Below are positions 53,576 through 62,946 of a stretch of DNA of 64,000 nucleotides, in pieces. The notes beneath the pieces were generated by a model, which was not told the DNA's origin, did no database searches, and saw only the letters and a list, made by a program, of their open reading frames with translations. The stretch's first letter is position 1. Every line of letters begins with the position of its first letter. Source of the DNA: a virus (lineage: Duplodnaviria > Caudoviricetes); IMG/VR virus record IMGVR_UViG_3300026493_000002. One strand, written 5' to 3'. The position numbers were made by a program, and so were the translations under genes.

Positions 53576-54682
53576 ATGGCGATCCATAATGGACGCGGTG
53601 AAATCAAGCGTCGCCATGCCACGAACTACATCGGCAAGGAGGCGCATAAGCGTCTGCAGGAGGCCATTGTGCCTGCGCAGAAGCGAGGACTTCAAGCCCT
53701 CGAGGTGGACAGCTTTGAGGTCATGTACTACCGGCGCAGCAGCAGTTCCATTCCGTGTACGTGCCAGAAGTCTCCGGCCTACGCTGCAATGGATCACAAC
53801 GTGGTGGATCCCAATTCGTTGCAGCTTCCGGACAGTGTCCTTGCATTCGGTGAGTTCGATGAAGAAATCGTCATCGACCACAGTGACACCCTGTTCGGCA
53901 CGTCGAACACCCTGGGCGAGTACGGCGACAACCAAACGTCCGGTGGATTCGATCCGGAGGAAGTGGATGAGGGCGATGACGACGCTCGCAACACGGACAA
54001 CCTGTTCGGCCTGAGTACGGACTGTGGCATCTGCTATCGCAACGGCGTTCTGCCTGCTTACGAACTGTACGGCCATGATCGCAAGATCCTCGCCACACAG
54101 GTTGTGGATGCCGCGTACGGTTACCACATCGACCAGGGCGAGACGCCGCACCGCTTCGACAAGATCGACACCAACGAAGGCTACGTGGACTTCGTGCTGC
54201 ATGTACCCAAGTATTTCGTCAGCGCGCGCTTCTCGATCCGCAACGGCAGCGATCATCTGCCCGACGAGTTCATGTATGAGCCGGCTGGCGCCATGCGACC
54301 GATCACCATGCAGTCGTTCCGTGCCCTCGCCGGTCAGGAAGTCCGCGTGCGTATCCTCGCCGAGCAATTCACCCACGTGGTGATCGACTTCGACCTCGGT
54401 GTTGAGCCGGTGCTTGCCGCACTCGCACAGGACACCAAGGCAACCGACTGGACCATGTTCGACACGTTGGGCAACGTCTCCATGGTTCTGCCGATGACCA
54501 TTGACGCCGTGGAAACGTCGGACGTCATCTACGTGCCCAGTCGTGGCCATACGTTCAAGGTGTCGGACGTGACGTACCTGCGTACGGCATCCAATGGCAA
54601 CATCGACTGGCAGGTTCAGGCCCGTGTATTGCAACCGCAGGAGGGGTTGAAGCGCATCTATCAAGCAACCAAGTTGCGGTAA
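53576..54682 (+). CDS. Probable virion structural protein
   Basis: First gene after the strand switch; GAGG SD; GTAATTT upstream; CTC...CGIC motifs. Confidence 0.8.
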   Translation: MAIHNGRGEIKRRHATNYIGKEAHKRLQEAIVPAQKRGLQALEVDSFEVMYYRRSSSSIPCTCQKSPAYAAMDHNVVDPNSLQLPDSVLAFGEFDEEIVIDHSDTLFGTSNTLGEYGDNQTSGGFDPEEVDEGDDDARNTDNLFGLSTDCGICYRNGVLPAYELYGHDRKILATQVVDAAYGYHIDQGETPHRFDKIDTNEGYVDFVLHVPKYFVSARFSIRNGSDHLPDEFMYEPAGAMRPITMQSFRALAGQEVRVRILAEQFTHVVIDFDLGVEPVLAALAQDTKATDWTMFDTLGNVSMVLPMTIDAVETSDVIYVPSRGHTFKVSDVTYLRTASNGNIDWQVQARVLQPQEGLKRIYQATKLR

Positions 54683-54736
54683 TTCAGTAATTTGCGAACG
54701 TACATTCCGTACACCAATCCCTCATGGAGCAATGCA

Positions 54737-55237
54737 ATGGCAACTGCCAAGAAGACTGCGACCAAGCGCCGCAGCAAGACCCGTCTCGTTGGTCGTCCGG
54801 CCGAAAAGCGTGCAGTGGTCAAGAAGCTCAACGCTGAAAAGACCGCGAAGAAGGCAGGCACTGCCGCTGTCAAGGCCAAGAAGAAGGTCAGCGCCGTGAA
54901 GAAGACGGCCGCCAAGAAGGTGGCTGCTGTTCGCAAGGCCGCTGCCAAGAAGGTCTCGGCCGCCAAGACGGTCAAGGGCAAGCGTAACGCACGCAAGGCC
55001 GCGACGAAGAAGGTCGCTGCTGCCAAGAAGACGGCTGCCAAGCGCGTGTCCGCCGCCAAGAAGACCTCGAACAAGGTCTATCGCAAGGCGGTCAAGGCCG
55101 TGAAGACTGCCGGCAAGGCCAAGCAGGCCGTGAAGAAGGTGGGTGCGAAGCGCCTGACCAACAACGAACTCAAGCGCAAGTACCCGCGTACCGGCGCCAA
55201 GAAGGTCGCTGCACGCCGCGCTCGCGCCAAGAAGTAA
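54737..55237 (+). CDS. Histone H1-like K/A-rich basic protein
   Basis: AAKKV repeats throughout; start ATG 54737 with GGAG SD. Confidence 0.85.
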   Translation: MATAKKTATKRRSKTRLVGRPAEKRAVVKKLNAEKTAKKAGTAAVKAKKKVSAVKKTAAKKVAAVRKAAAKKVSAAKTVKGKRNARKAATKKVAAAKKTAAKRVSAAKKTSNKVYRKAVKAVKTAGKAKQAVKKVGAKRLTNNELKRKYPRTGAKKVAARRARAKK

Positions 55238-55451
55238 GTTGCAGTCGGCAGGTGAACATTTCGTGATGAAGAATCCCGTAGCGTAACCTTGCCGATTGTA
55301 ATTTCAAAACACAGCGGCAGATAGTGAGCGGTCCACCAATCGCTCGCGCCGCTTCTGACCTGGTACAGAAGGTGTGGTGCCCTAAGGAACAGGTCTCGCT
55401 CGGCGCACAAGCGCCATTCCATGTACCAACCACAACTGGAGTTTCAGAACA

Positions 55452-56105
55452 ATGGCTACCAAGAAGCGCAAGCTGAAGAACGTCGCCGACGTTACCATCG
55501 CCAAGAAGCGCGCGAAGAAGAAGACCGATCCGAAGTCGGTCGCCCGCCGCAAGAAGGCGAAGCTGGAGTACAAGAAGGACAAGAAGGCGATCGCCCTCAA
55601 GGCCAAGAAGAAGCGCGCCAAGCGGACGGCAGCCGAGAAGAAGTTCGACGCCGCCCACGCCAAGGCTCTGCGCAAGCGCAAGGGCAAGAAGGCCGCGCCG
55701 AAGAAGGCTGCTGCCAAGAAGGCTCCGGCCAAGAAGGCTGCCGTGAAGAAGGCCGCTTCGACCGCCAAGAAGAAGGTGACCAAGGCCAAGAAGACCGGCG
55801 AAGCCGCCGTCAAGAAGGCCAAGGTCTCGAAGACCAAGGCCGTCGCCAAGGTCAAGAAGGCCAAGACCCCGGCCGCCAAGAAGACCGCGAAGAAGGCCGC
55901 CAAGAAGGCTGCGACCCGCGTGAAGAAGGCGACCAAGGCCAAGGTCGCGAAGGTCAAGAAGGCTACCAAGGCCGCTTCGACCGTCGTGAAGAAGGCCCGC
56001 AAGGCTGCCGTCAAGAAGGCTCCGGCCAAGAAGGCAACCAAGGCGAAGTCGACCAAGCGCCCGGCCGCCAAGTCGGTGAAGCGCCGTCGTCCGAAGGCCA
56101 GCTGA
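55452..56105 (+). CDS. Histone H1-like K/A-rich basic protein
   Basis: KKAAPKKAAAKKAPAKKA and KKATKAK repeats; GGAG SD. Confidence 0.85.
   Translation: MATKKRKLKNVADVTIAKKRAKKKTDPKSVARRKKAKLEYKKDKKAIALKAKKKRAKRTAAEKKFDAAHAKALRKRKGKKAAPKKAAAKKAPAKKAAVKKAASTAKKKVTKAKKTGEAAVKKAKVSKTKAVAKVKKAKTPAAKKTAKKAAKKAATRVKKATKAKVAKVKKATKAASTVVKKARKAAVKKAPAKKATKAKSTKRPAAKSVKRRRPKAS
55679..55741 (+). repeat. 63-bp exact repeat, copy 1 (copy 2 at 63099-63161)
   Basis: CAAGGGCAAGAAGGCCGCGCCGAAGAAGGCTGCTGCCAAGAAGGCTCCGGCCAAGAAGGCTGC identical in two genes. Confidence 0.9.
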
Positions 56106-56153
56106 TCCCACGATCGGCGCCGACAACGCGAAGTAGCTACCTCAAGGTAGCCT

Positions 56154-56188
56154 AATGGGCCGGGGAGCTAGTCTTCCCGGCCCATTTT
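56154..56188 (+). terminator. Rho-independent terminator
   Basis: AATGGGCCGGG...CCCGGCCCATTTT. Confidence 0.8.
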
Positions 56189-56213
56189 CGTTTCCCACTC
56201 CGAGAGGTCCACA

Positions 56214-56642
56214 GTGAACACCAACGTTACCAACGACAGTGAGAAGAAGACGCCGATCTATGGCGACAAGCTGACCAGCGATGCCATGTTCCAGGACTCG
56301 ATGAAGCTCGGTATGTTGCAGCACGCCCATCGCATCCTTGTCTACATGCTGCGCCGGCCCGATCAGGACTTCTCCGCGAAGGAGACCGAGTACCTGCTGC
56401 GCCACGCACGTCGCATCAACCCGAAGTTCGTGCACCAGTTCTACGAACACTTCACGGCCCTCGTACAGGCTCTGCACCGCTACCTCAGCCTCGAGGAAAG
56501 CGTGACCAAGAGCGGTGCGTATCGCCGGGACCTCACCCTGGCCGCTGACCGGGTGAAGAAAATCGTGGGCAATTTCGAGTCGGAAGACAACATCGGCACG
56601 GTGAAATACCTCCGCGGGCTGCTGACGAACATGCAGGATTGA
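56214..56642 (+). CDS. Hypothetical protein
   Basis: 142 aa, GAGG SD, GTG start. Confidence 0.75.
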   Translation: MNTNVTNDSEKKTPIYGDKLTSDAMFQDSMKLGMLQHAHRILVYMLRRPDQDFSAKETEYLLRHARRINPKFVHQFYEHFTALVQALHRYLSLEESVTKSGAYRRDLTLAADRVKKIVGNFESEDNIGTVKYLRGLLTNMQD

Positions 56643-56744
56643 CCGAACACAACCTCGAACAGAAAGCTAATTTTTAGCCATGCGATTACGTGCTGGGCGC
56701 AGCTTGCGTCCGGCGATTTGATACATGTCTCGAGGAATGCCCGA

Positions 56745-57971
56745 ATGGCAAAGAAAGACCGTCTGGAGAAGATCCGCAAGGTCCGTAGCTTCAACGATAT
56801 CCTGGACCTCATCAAGGAGATTGGTGCGGACGTCATGGCCGATGGCAAGCTCGTCCGCAAGCTGGGCGTGTCTCTGTCTGCTGACGATGAGGTGATCGAA
56901 CTGCGTCATGGTGGTATCGACAAGCCGCAGCGTTCCGGTCCGCGCAAGATCAGCACGAAGCGTAGCTCCGGTACGCCCTTCAAGGTGAAGCTGGAGAAGT
57001 TCGTTGCGCCGCCGAAGTCCACCATCGAGAAGAACCTCGGTGTGGTGCATCGTCTGTACGAGAACACCAAGGAACTGGAAGCGCTGGAAGCACTCCTGAC
57101 CCAGGGCTTCGACAACACCAAGAACAAGAACACGGCCCTCGCCGGCGTGCGTGCCCTCAAGAAGGAAGTGGAGCAGTCGATCTTCGCTGCGCTTTCGGCC
57201 CTGAACGGCATCGCCAAGAAGCACTTCCCGACCGAGCTGGAGCAGATGCGCGACAGCCTGACCGAGTTCCTGCTGGACAACGTGCCGGAGAAGGACTACT
57301 CCGATATCGGTGTTCTGGAGTACGTCAGCCTGCCGGACAAGAACTCCATCATGTTCTCGGTGTACGTGGAAATCGAGAACCTCAAGAACGGCAACGGGTA
57401 CGTCTTCAAGGAGTACTTCATCATCCTGACCGGCGTGGTTGATCTGCGCACGGGCACGATGACGCACCACATCAACGCACTGCCTGATTTCCGCGTTCCG
57501 GGCAAGTACGATCTGGGCTACGCCTTCGACAGCGAGCGCGAAATGGAGCAACGCGTGGGCCTGCTGCTGACCCACAACGACGTGATTACCCACATGGACC
57601 GTCGTCCGATGCCCATTGATACCCAGGACAACAAGGCCCAGAACTTCCTCGGCATCAAGGGTGTCATCGGTGTCGAAGTCAAGGACGATGCGCTGTACCT
57701 GCAGGTGGACAAGCCCGATCCGAAGACCACGAACGGCATCGTCGCTGCGGTCATCCCGCTGCTGAACCAGGCCATCGGCCGCAAGAAGGACACCAGCATC
57801 AGCTGGAAGCCGGTGACCCGCGGCAACAAGAAGTACCTCAAGTTCATCCTGTACTTCAAGCCCGATCAGCGCGCGAAGCAGGTGAACACGGGTGTGCTGG
57901 ATGACATTCGCAACCTGTTCGACCTCGACGAGAAGCAGGTGCAGGCTCTGCGCCGTAGCCTGTTGGACTAA
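56745..57971 (+). CDS. Hypothetical protein, probable virion/late protein
   Basis: Start ATG 56745 with GAGG SD; CTAATTT upstream; internal LGVSLSA segment. Confidence 0.85.
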   Translation: MAKKDRLEKIRKVRSFNDILDLIKEIGADVMADGKLVRKLGVSLSADDEVIELRHGGIDKPQRSGPRKISTKRSSGTPFKVKLEKFVAPPKSTIEKNLGVVHRLYENTKELEALEALLTQGFDNTKNKNTALAGVRALKKEVEQSIFAALSALNGIAKKHFPTELEQMRDSLTEFLLDNVPEKDYSDIGVLEYVSLPDKNSIMFSVYVEIENLKNGNGYVFKEYFIILTGVVDLRTGTMTHHINALPDFRVPGKYDLGYAFDSEREMEQRVGLLLTHNDVITHMDRRPMPIDTQDNKAQNFLGIKGVIGVEVKDDALYLQVDKPDPKTTNGIVAAVIPLLNQAIGRKKDTSISWKPVTRGNKKYLKFILYFKPDQRAKQVNTGVLDDIRNLFDLDEKQVQALRRSLLD

Positions 57972-57984
57972 GGAGCAGCCGGTC

Positions 57985-59082
57985 ATGCGCATTTTCAAGG
58001 AAGCTCAGAACGACTTCTTCGCCTCTACGGTGACGTTCGTTCTGTCGCACCTGTCGCGCAGCCCGTTCCGAAGTTATCACGTCGGCGACATGGCTGCCTT
58101 CGTGGCCGAACGCCTGATCCAGAGCAGTGGCGCGTACCTGTCGTTGTTCAGACGTGCGCGCCTGGTCAACATCAAGGCATGGAGGACTCGCTTCTCCTAC
58201 GGCTTGATCGACCCGACTACCTCTCCGGCGAACAACCACCTGGTGTTCACATTCTCCATCGGCCGGCCCGATGCGTTCTTGGATGCGAAGGACCCGCGGC
58301 TTGTCTGCCGTATCCTGAGCAACTACGTTCGCGTCTATGGCACCCAGGAGGACCCCGTTCAGTTCTTCTCTGTGGGCCTCAACAGCGTAGAGTGCGCACG
58401 ATTCGGCATCACCAACACTCAGGCTCGCGCGCTGCGCTACCTGTACATGGCTGCCGGTGTCGTGCTGCGCTCGATCTTCCATCGACATTCGCCGATGACT
58501 TCTATCGGCTCCGATGTGTTCGCGTCTGCCCATGAGGGTATGGCGCGAATTGTCGTATCTCCACGCCCACTCAACATGGTGTTTCAGTTGCCGTACGAGG
58601 AATGGGTGTGGCAGAAGTCGGTGTGGGCGCTGTGCCCCAACCTCATTTCGTCTCGCTGCATCAACCCGTATTCTGTCGGTCGCTATCTGGAGTTCTGCGA
58701 CGAAGTGGTGATCGACTACAAGAACGCGGCGTATGACATGGTGTGGGACGACGGTGTGGATTCTCCTACCGTGTTCTCCATCGTGCGCAGCAGCCTGATG
58801 AACTTCATTCAGGCCGTCAACACCCAGAGCATGTCCGAACCGGATCAGACTGGTCTGTTGATGCCAAGCCTGCTGTACTCCACGATCTTCGAGCGTCGTC
58901 TCGGTGTGCCCAGGCCTGCCGACCAGCTCGATGCGTACAGGACCATGGTTGGCTCGTTTGACGAACGTAGCCAGCAGCTGTCCGACCTGTTCACCCCGTA
59001 CGACCTCTCTGTGCGGCGACTGATGCGTGGCGATGCAGCGAATGCGTCTAAGCTCATTAAGGCGCTGGACGTCTTTGACTAA
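57985..59082 (+). CDS. Hypothetical protein
   Basis: Start ATG 57985 with AGGAG SD. Confidence 0.8.
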   Translation: MRIFKEAQNDFFASTVTFVLSHLSRSPFRSYHVGDMAAFVAERLIQSSGAYLSLFRRARLVNIKAWRTRFSYGLIDPTTSPANNHLVFTFSIGRPDAFLDAKDPRLVCRILSNYVRVYGTQEDPVQFFSVGLNSVECARFGITNTQARALRYLYMAAGVVLRSIFHRHSPMTSIGSDVFASAHEGMARIVVSPRPLNMVFQLPYEEWVWQKSVWALCPNLISSRCINPYSVGRYLEFCDEVVIDYKNAAYDMVWDDGVDSPTVFSIVRSSLMNFIQAVNTQSMSEPDQTGLLMPSLLYSTIFERRLGVPRPADQLDAYRTMVGSFDERSQQLSDLFTPYDLSVRRLMRGDAANASKLIKALDVFD

Positions 59083-59093
59083 AGGAGTCACAC

Positions 59094-60224
59094 ATGGCAT
59101 ACCATGGCGTAGATGGAACGGTACTCGCCGTGTCGCAGCATTTCCTGGACGACCAGGATCAGCCGCTGATTCCGGCCACCGGATATCCCAAGATCCGTCT
59201 GTACGACAGCGCCGGTGACGTGCTGGTGGCTATCAACGCCGCAGCGTCGTCGGAGCCGGGTAAGTGGACGGCGAACATGCCGATCCCCAAGATGGACCTG
59301 GAGTCGCGCACCGAGTTCAAGATCAAGTGGCTGTTCAAGGGCAATGACGCACAGAAGATCCGTGTATCCGAAGTCGCCCTGATCGAGCCCGCGATCGACC
59401 AACGCAACGACGACATTGTGGTGCTGTTCGGTGAGGCCGACGCCACGATGAAGCTGCCGGTCTCGTGGCAGCAGGGTTGGGAAGGCCAGTGGCAGATTTA
59501 CTACGGCAACCAGGAGTGCGTGCAAGATGCACCTCCGCTGCAGGATCTGCCGATGCGTTCCAACTTGGACAGCACGGTGTTTACTCTGCCGCTGGATCAG
59601 GTGCCGTACGCTTCGCTGGTGTCGTATCTGCTGTCGGTCAAGATCACCCCGCCGGGCGGTCGTCGTCGCACCTACAACTACAAGCTGTGGACCGTTACGC
59701 CGCAGATCATGCTCGCCATGTCGCATATCGAAGACACGCTGAACAAGGCGCGAATCGAGAACGTGATCCCCGAACTGCGGTACAACGACGCGGATCTGCT
59801 GTCGTACCTGGAGCGTGGCCTGTACATGTTCAATCGTGTCGGCTACCCCACGGCCTTCAACGGCACCAACATGCAGGGCATCCTGTTCGATGCGTGGCTT
59901 ATCTGCTCCAGCTACTGGGCGATTTCCGCACAGCTTCTGGCAGAAGGCAGCTTGGCATTCGACTTCTCCGGCCAGGGTGTCAGCCTGAACGTGGACCGTA
60001 CGCCTCAGCTCGATGCTGCCATCGGTCGCATTGAATCGCAGATCGAACAGCACGTGGTGCCGCTCAAGAAGCTGCTGAACACCCAGGGCATCACGAACGG
60101 TGACGGCTCGGTGGGTGCCACCAACCTCAACAATCCGCGTGCTTCGGCAACGTCCGGCATCATCAACGCCGTCACGACGCGCCTCCCGATGTACGGCTCG
60201 ACCTTCATTGGTCGTCGCTTCTAA
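59094..60224 (+). CDS. Probable virion structural (neck/adaptor-like) protein
   Basis: 376 aa, AAGGAG SD; Ig-like N-terminal half and helical C-terminal half; function inferred from context only. Confidence 0.75.
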   Translation: MAYHGVDGTVLAVSQHFLDDQDQPLIPATGYPKIRLYDSAGDVLVAINAAASSEPGKWTANMPIPKMDLESRTEFKIKWLFKGNDAQKIRVSEVALIEPAIDQRNDDIVVLFGEADATMKLPVSWQQGWEGQWQIYYGNQECVQDAPPLQDLPMRSNLDSTVFTLPLDQVPYASLVSYLLSVKITPPGGRRRTYNYKLWTVTPQIMLAMSHIEDTLNKARIENVIPELRYNDADLLSYLERGLYMFNRVGYPTAFNGTNMQGILFDAWLICSSYWAISAQLLAEGSLAFDFSGQGVSLNVDRTPQLDAAIGRIESQIEQHVVPLKKLLNTQGITNGDGSVGATNLNNPRASATSGIINAVTTRLPMYGSTFIGRRF

Positions 60225-60241
60225 TGACCTAGGACTGTATC

Positions 60242-60913
60242 ATGCAGATCAAAGTTCCCGTATCGGAGAGTTCGATCATGTCTCCGGACTCCAAGCTCTA
60301 CAACATCCGCTCGCCCGAACCGCTGGAGCGCGGCACCGGCCTCGGCGCCTACGTGGGTCAGACGCCGGACGGTCTCAGCATCTTTCGCTCTGACGTCCAT
60401 GTGAGCGCTCGTGGTGAACGCCGTTCGTGCGTCACCTTCCTCGTGAACAAGGAAGGCAGCATCATCGCCGAGAACGAGCCGAAGGCCAAGGGCGATGGTC
60501 AGCGTCGCATGGAGCAGCAGAACGCTATCCAGACGGCCAAGACCAAGCAGCGCGTGTGGACCAAACCGGACGCCACCTGGTACATGCACCCGAGTCGCAC
60601 GCAGATGGACACGTCCATGTCGGAAGCAGTCGCATCCACCGTGAGTGGCAAGGACGAGGCGGCCGTAATGTCGCACGAAGCCGTGAAGCGCCTGTTCCAG
60701 GGTTACGCGATGGTGCCGCAGGTCGAAACCGATGGCACGTTCTTCTGCTCGGGCCGCCGGGCTGTCTGGGTGTGGAATGACGATGGCGGTGATCGCCGTG
60801 TAGTGCTGTACGATGGTGATCGTCAGGCCAAGGGCGAAGGCAAGACCATCGAAGCGGCTCTGACCGCCGCCAGCAAGAAGAAGTTCACCAAGATCGCTCG
60901 CGGAAAGAGTTGA
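60242..60913 (+). CDS. Hypothetical protein with MQIKVPVS leader
   Basis: 223 aa, AGGA SD. Confidence 0.8.
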   Translation: MQIKVPVSESSIMSPDSKLYNIRSPEPLERGTGLGAYVGQTPDGLSIFRSDVHVSARGERRSCVTFLVNKEGSIIAENEPKAKGDGQRRMEQQNAIQTAKTKQRVWTKPDATWYMHPSRTQMDTSMSEAVASTVSGKDEAAVMSHEAVKRLFQGYAMVPQVETDGTFFCSGRRAVWVWNDDGGDRRVVLYDGDRQAKGEGKTIEAALTAASKKKFTKIARGKS

Positions 60914-60914
60914 T

Positions 60915-61445
60915 ATGCGCGTCCACATCGCACTGGCATACGTGATGCCCGATGGTGACGCAGCGATCACCGTTGATCCCGAACGCAAGGCCCAGACTGG
61001 TCTGCCGCGCATGATCTATCACGGAACGGCTCGCCCGCTGTTCCAAGGTTTCGCCGAGAATCATCAAGGCGATCACGACTTCGGATGGATTGGAACTGGC
61101 TTCTACTTCACCACGTCGTGGGGTCATGCCAAGGCCTACGCTGACACCTTCCGTCGTCGTGAAAAGACCAAGATCGCCCGGGTGGTTGAGGTCAAACCGC
61201 GTCAAGGTGTAAAGCTGTATCCGATCAACAAGGAAGAACACGCCGCTTGCTTCCAGATTTCCGTGCGAAAGGACACCAAGGCTCTCGCACACAGCAGGGC
61301 ACTGGCGGACCAGTTGCGAAAAGCTGGCTTCGATGGGTCGTGCTACACGCACCCCAGCGGCGAACGCTTCATCGAAATCATGCTCCTCGACCGCGGCTCT
61401 TTCCGCGTGGTCAATGAGGACTTCACTCCCCAATCGGATACCTGA
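60915..61445 (+). CDS. ADP-ribosyltransferase-like protein (H-Y-E class)
   Basis: IYHGT, GTGFYFTTSWGHAKAYA, LRKAGFDG, FIEIML. Confidence 0.75.
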   Translation: MRVHIALAYVMPDGDAAITVDPERKAQTGLPRMIYHGTARPLFQGFAENHQGDHDFGWIGTGFYFTTSWGHAKAYADTFRRREKTKIARVVEVKPRQGVKLYPINKEEHAACFQISVRKDTKALAHSRALADQLRKAGFDGSCYTHPSGERFIEIMLLDRGSFRVVNEDFTPQSDT

Positions 61446-61449
61446 AACA

Positions 61450-61905
61450 ATGGAACTCAACATCAGCATCAGCAAGGCCAAACCCAAGAGTCGCGCAACG
61501 GCCTGGGTGTTCGTGTACGATCAACGCGCCAAGCAATTCCTGGTGTTGAAGCGCGCTCCGCATACCAACAACCCCAACCTGTGGAACATTCCGGGTGGCG
61601 GCACTGACGGTAAGCACCCCGAGAAGGGCGCCAAGCGTGAGTTGATGGAAGAAGCCGGCCTGCGCGTTCGTCGCAGCGAGCTTATCCACATCGGTCGCAT
61701 CGAAGGGCTGGACGCTGATTACTTCCTGGTGATCCTGCCTGGCCGGCCCCTGTTGCAGATCGACTCGGCCGAGAGCAGTGACCATCGCTGGCTCAGCCTC
61801 GAAGACATTTTGAAGCTGAAATCCACGCTCCACAAGAAGACTGCGGTGCCTCTGCGTGATACCGGCATCCTCGCTGCAATCGAGCGAGTCATCAATCCCG
61901 TCTAA
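61450..61905 (+). CDS. Nudix hydrolase
   Basis: LVLKRA...WNIPGGG...GAKRELMEEAGL Nudix box; EHRW-like DHRWLSLE; start ATG 61450. Confidence 0.9.
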   Translation: MELNISISKAKPKSRATAWVFVYDQRAKQFLVLKRAPHTNNPNLWNIPGGGTDGKHPEKGAKRELMEEAGLRVRRSELIHIGRIEGLDADYFLVILPGRPLLQIDSAESSDHRWLSLEDILKLKSTLHKKTAVPLRDTGILAAIERVINPV

Positions 61906-61995
61906 GCGTCATCCTCTGATTTGCTAATTTCCCATAGTCCAGGCACGCGCACCTGGGCTTGTCTTTAACCTCTAGAGAGTACAGGAGTTACACCC

Positions 61996-62868
61996 ATGCA
62001 ACGCACCCATTCGCACCACGTGAACGCCGCCGTGCAGGCCGTGAAGTCCGACAAGCCGGTCGTCGAAATCAAGCATTTCGCCCCGGCCGGCAGCGGCATT
62101 GCCCGCGTGGTCGCCAACGTGATCCACACCGCCGCCAGCCGCGCCAATCCGAACCTCATCGGTGAAGTGCTGCGCGAGAAGACCCAGAACCGTCTGACCG
62201 CCGTGGCCGGCTCGTTCCGCACCGTCGATCAGGGCCCGCTGTCGGAAGTCATCACCGGCGTGCTGGCGTTCAATCGCGAGTCCATCGCCATCGCCAGTTC
62301 GGAAGACATGCAGGGCTTCACCGCCGTCGCGTCCAACATGTTCATGGACGTCGAAGACCGCATGTGGAACCTGCACAAGACCGAGAGCGGTTCGTTGCTG
62401 GTCCGTTCGACCGGTATCGACGACGACCAGGAACTGGTTGGCCTGCTGGCCTCGCTGTCGAGCAGCCCGCAGACCTCCGGTGAAAGCCGTAAGCTGTCGG
62501 CCACCGCTTCCTCGGTGCGCAACCGCCTCGCCGGCGGTCAGTACGTCTCGTTCGTCAACGCGAACAACATGCTGGCCCAGGGCTTCATTGTCGTGACCGC
62601 TGCTGACAGCGACGACGTGGTGATTCTGACCGGCGAGAAGGCCGAGCCGGAAGCCATCAAGGCCAACGCCGTCACGGAGATCCATGACCTGGGTCAGGAC
62701 GCTCCGCAGGTGGAACTGACCGAACAGGAACAGGTGGACGTCGCCGTCGCCAGCGCAGCCGGCCGCATCACCCTGGACATGATGGTCGACTACTACCGTC
62801 GCATGTTCGCCGCCAGCCCGGAGTACTTCGAGATGTTCAAGTCTCGCCTCCTGAGCCACGCGTTCTAA
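61996..62868 (+). CDS. Probable virion structural protein
   Basis: 290 aa, AGGAG SD, CTAATTT upstream, own terminator, highly optimised codons. Confidence 0.8.
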   Translation: MQRTHSHHVNAAVQAVKSDKPVVEIKHFAPAGSGIARVVANVIHTAASRANPNLIGEVLREKTQNRLTAVAGSFRTVDQGPLSEVITGVLAFNRESIAIASSEDMQGFTAVASNMFMDVEDRMWNLHKTESGSLLVRSTGIDDDQELVGLLASLSSSPQTSGESRKLSATASSVRNRLAGGQYVSFVNANNMLAQGFIVVTAADSDDVVILTGEKAEPEAIKANAVTEIHDLGQDAPQVELTEQEQVDVAVASAAGRITLDMMVDYYRRMFAASPEYFEMFKSRLLSHAF

Positions 62869-62888
62869 GCCACGTCGGCTGACCCATG

Positions 62889-62919
62889 GGGCGGAGGGAG
62901 AAGTCTCTCCGCCCTTTTT
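62889..62919 (+). terminator. Rho-independent terminator
   Basis: GGGCGGAG...CTCCGCCC-TTTTT. Confidence 0.85.
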
Positions 62920-62946
62920 ACCTTCTATATCGTCCAGGGACGAACA

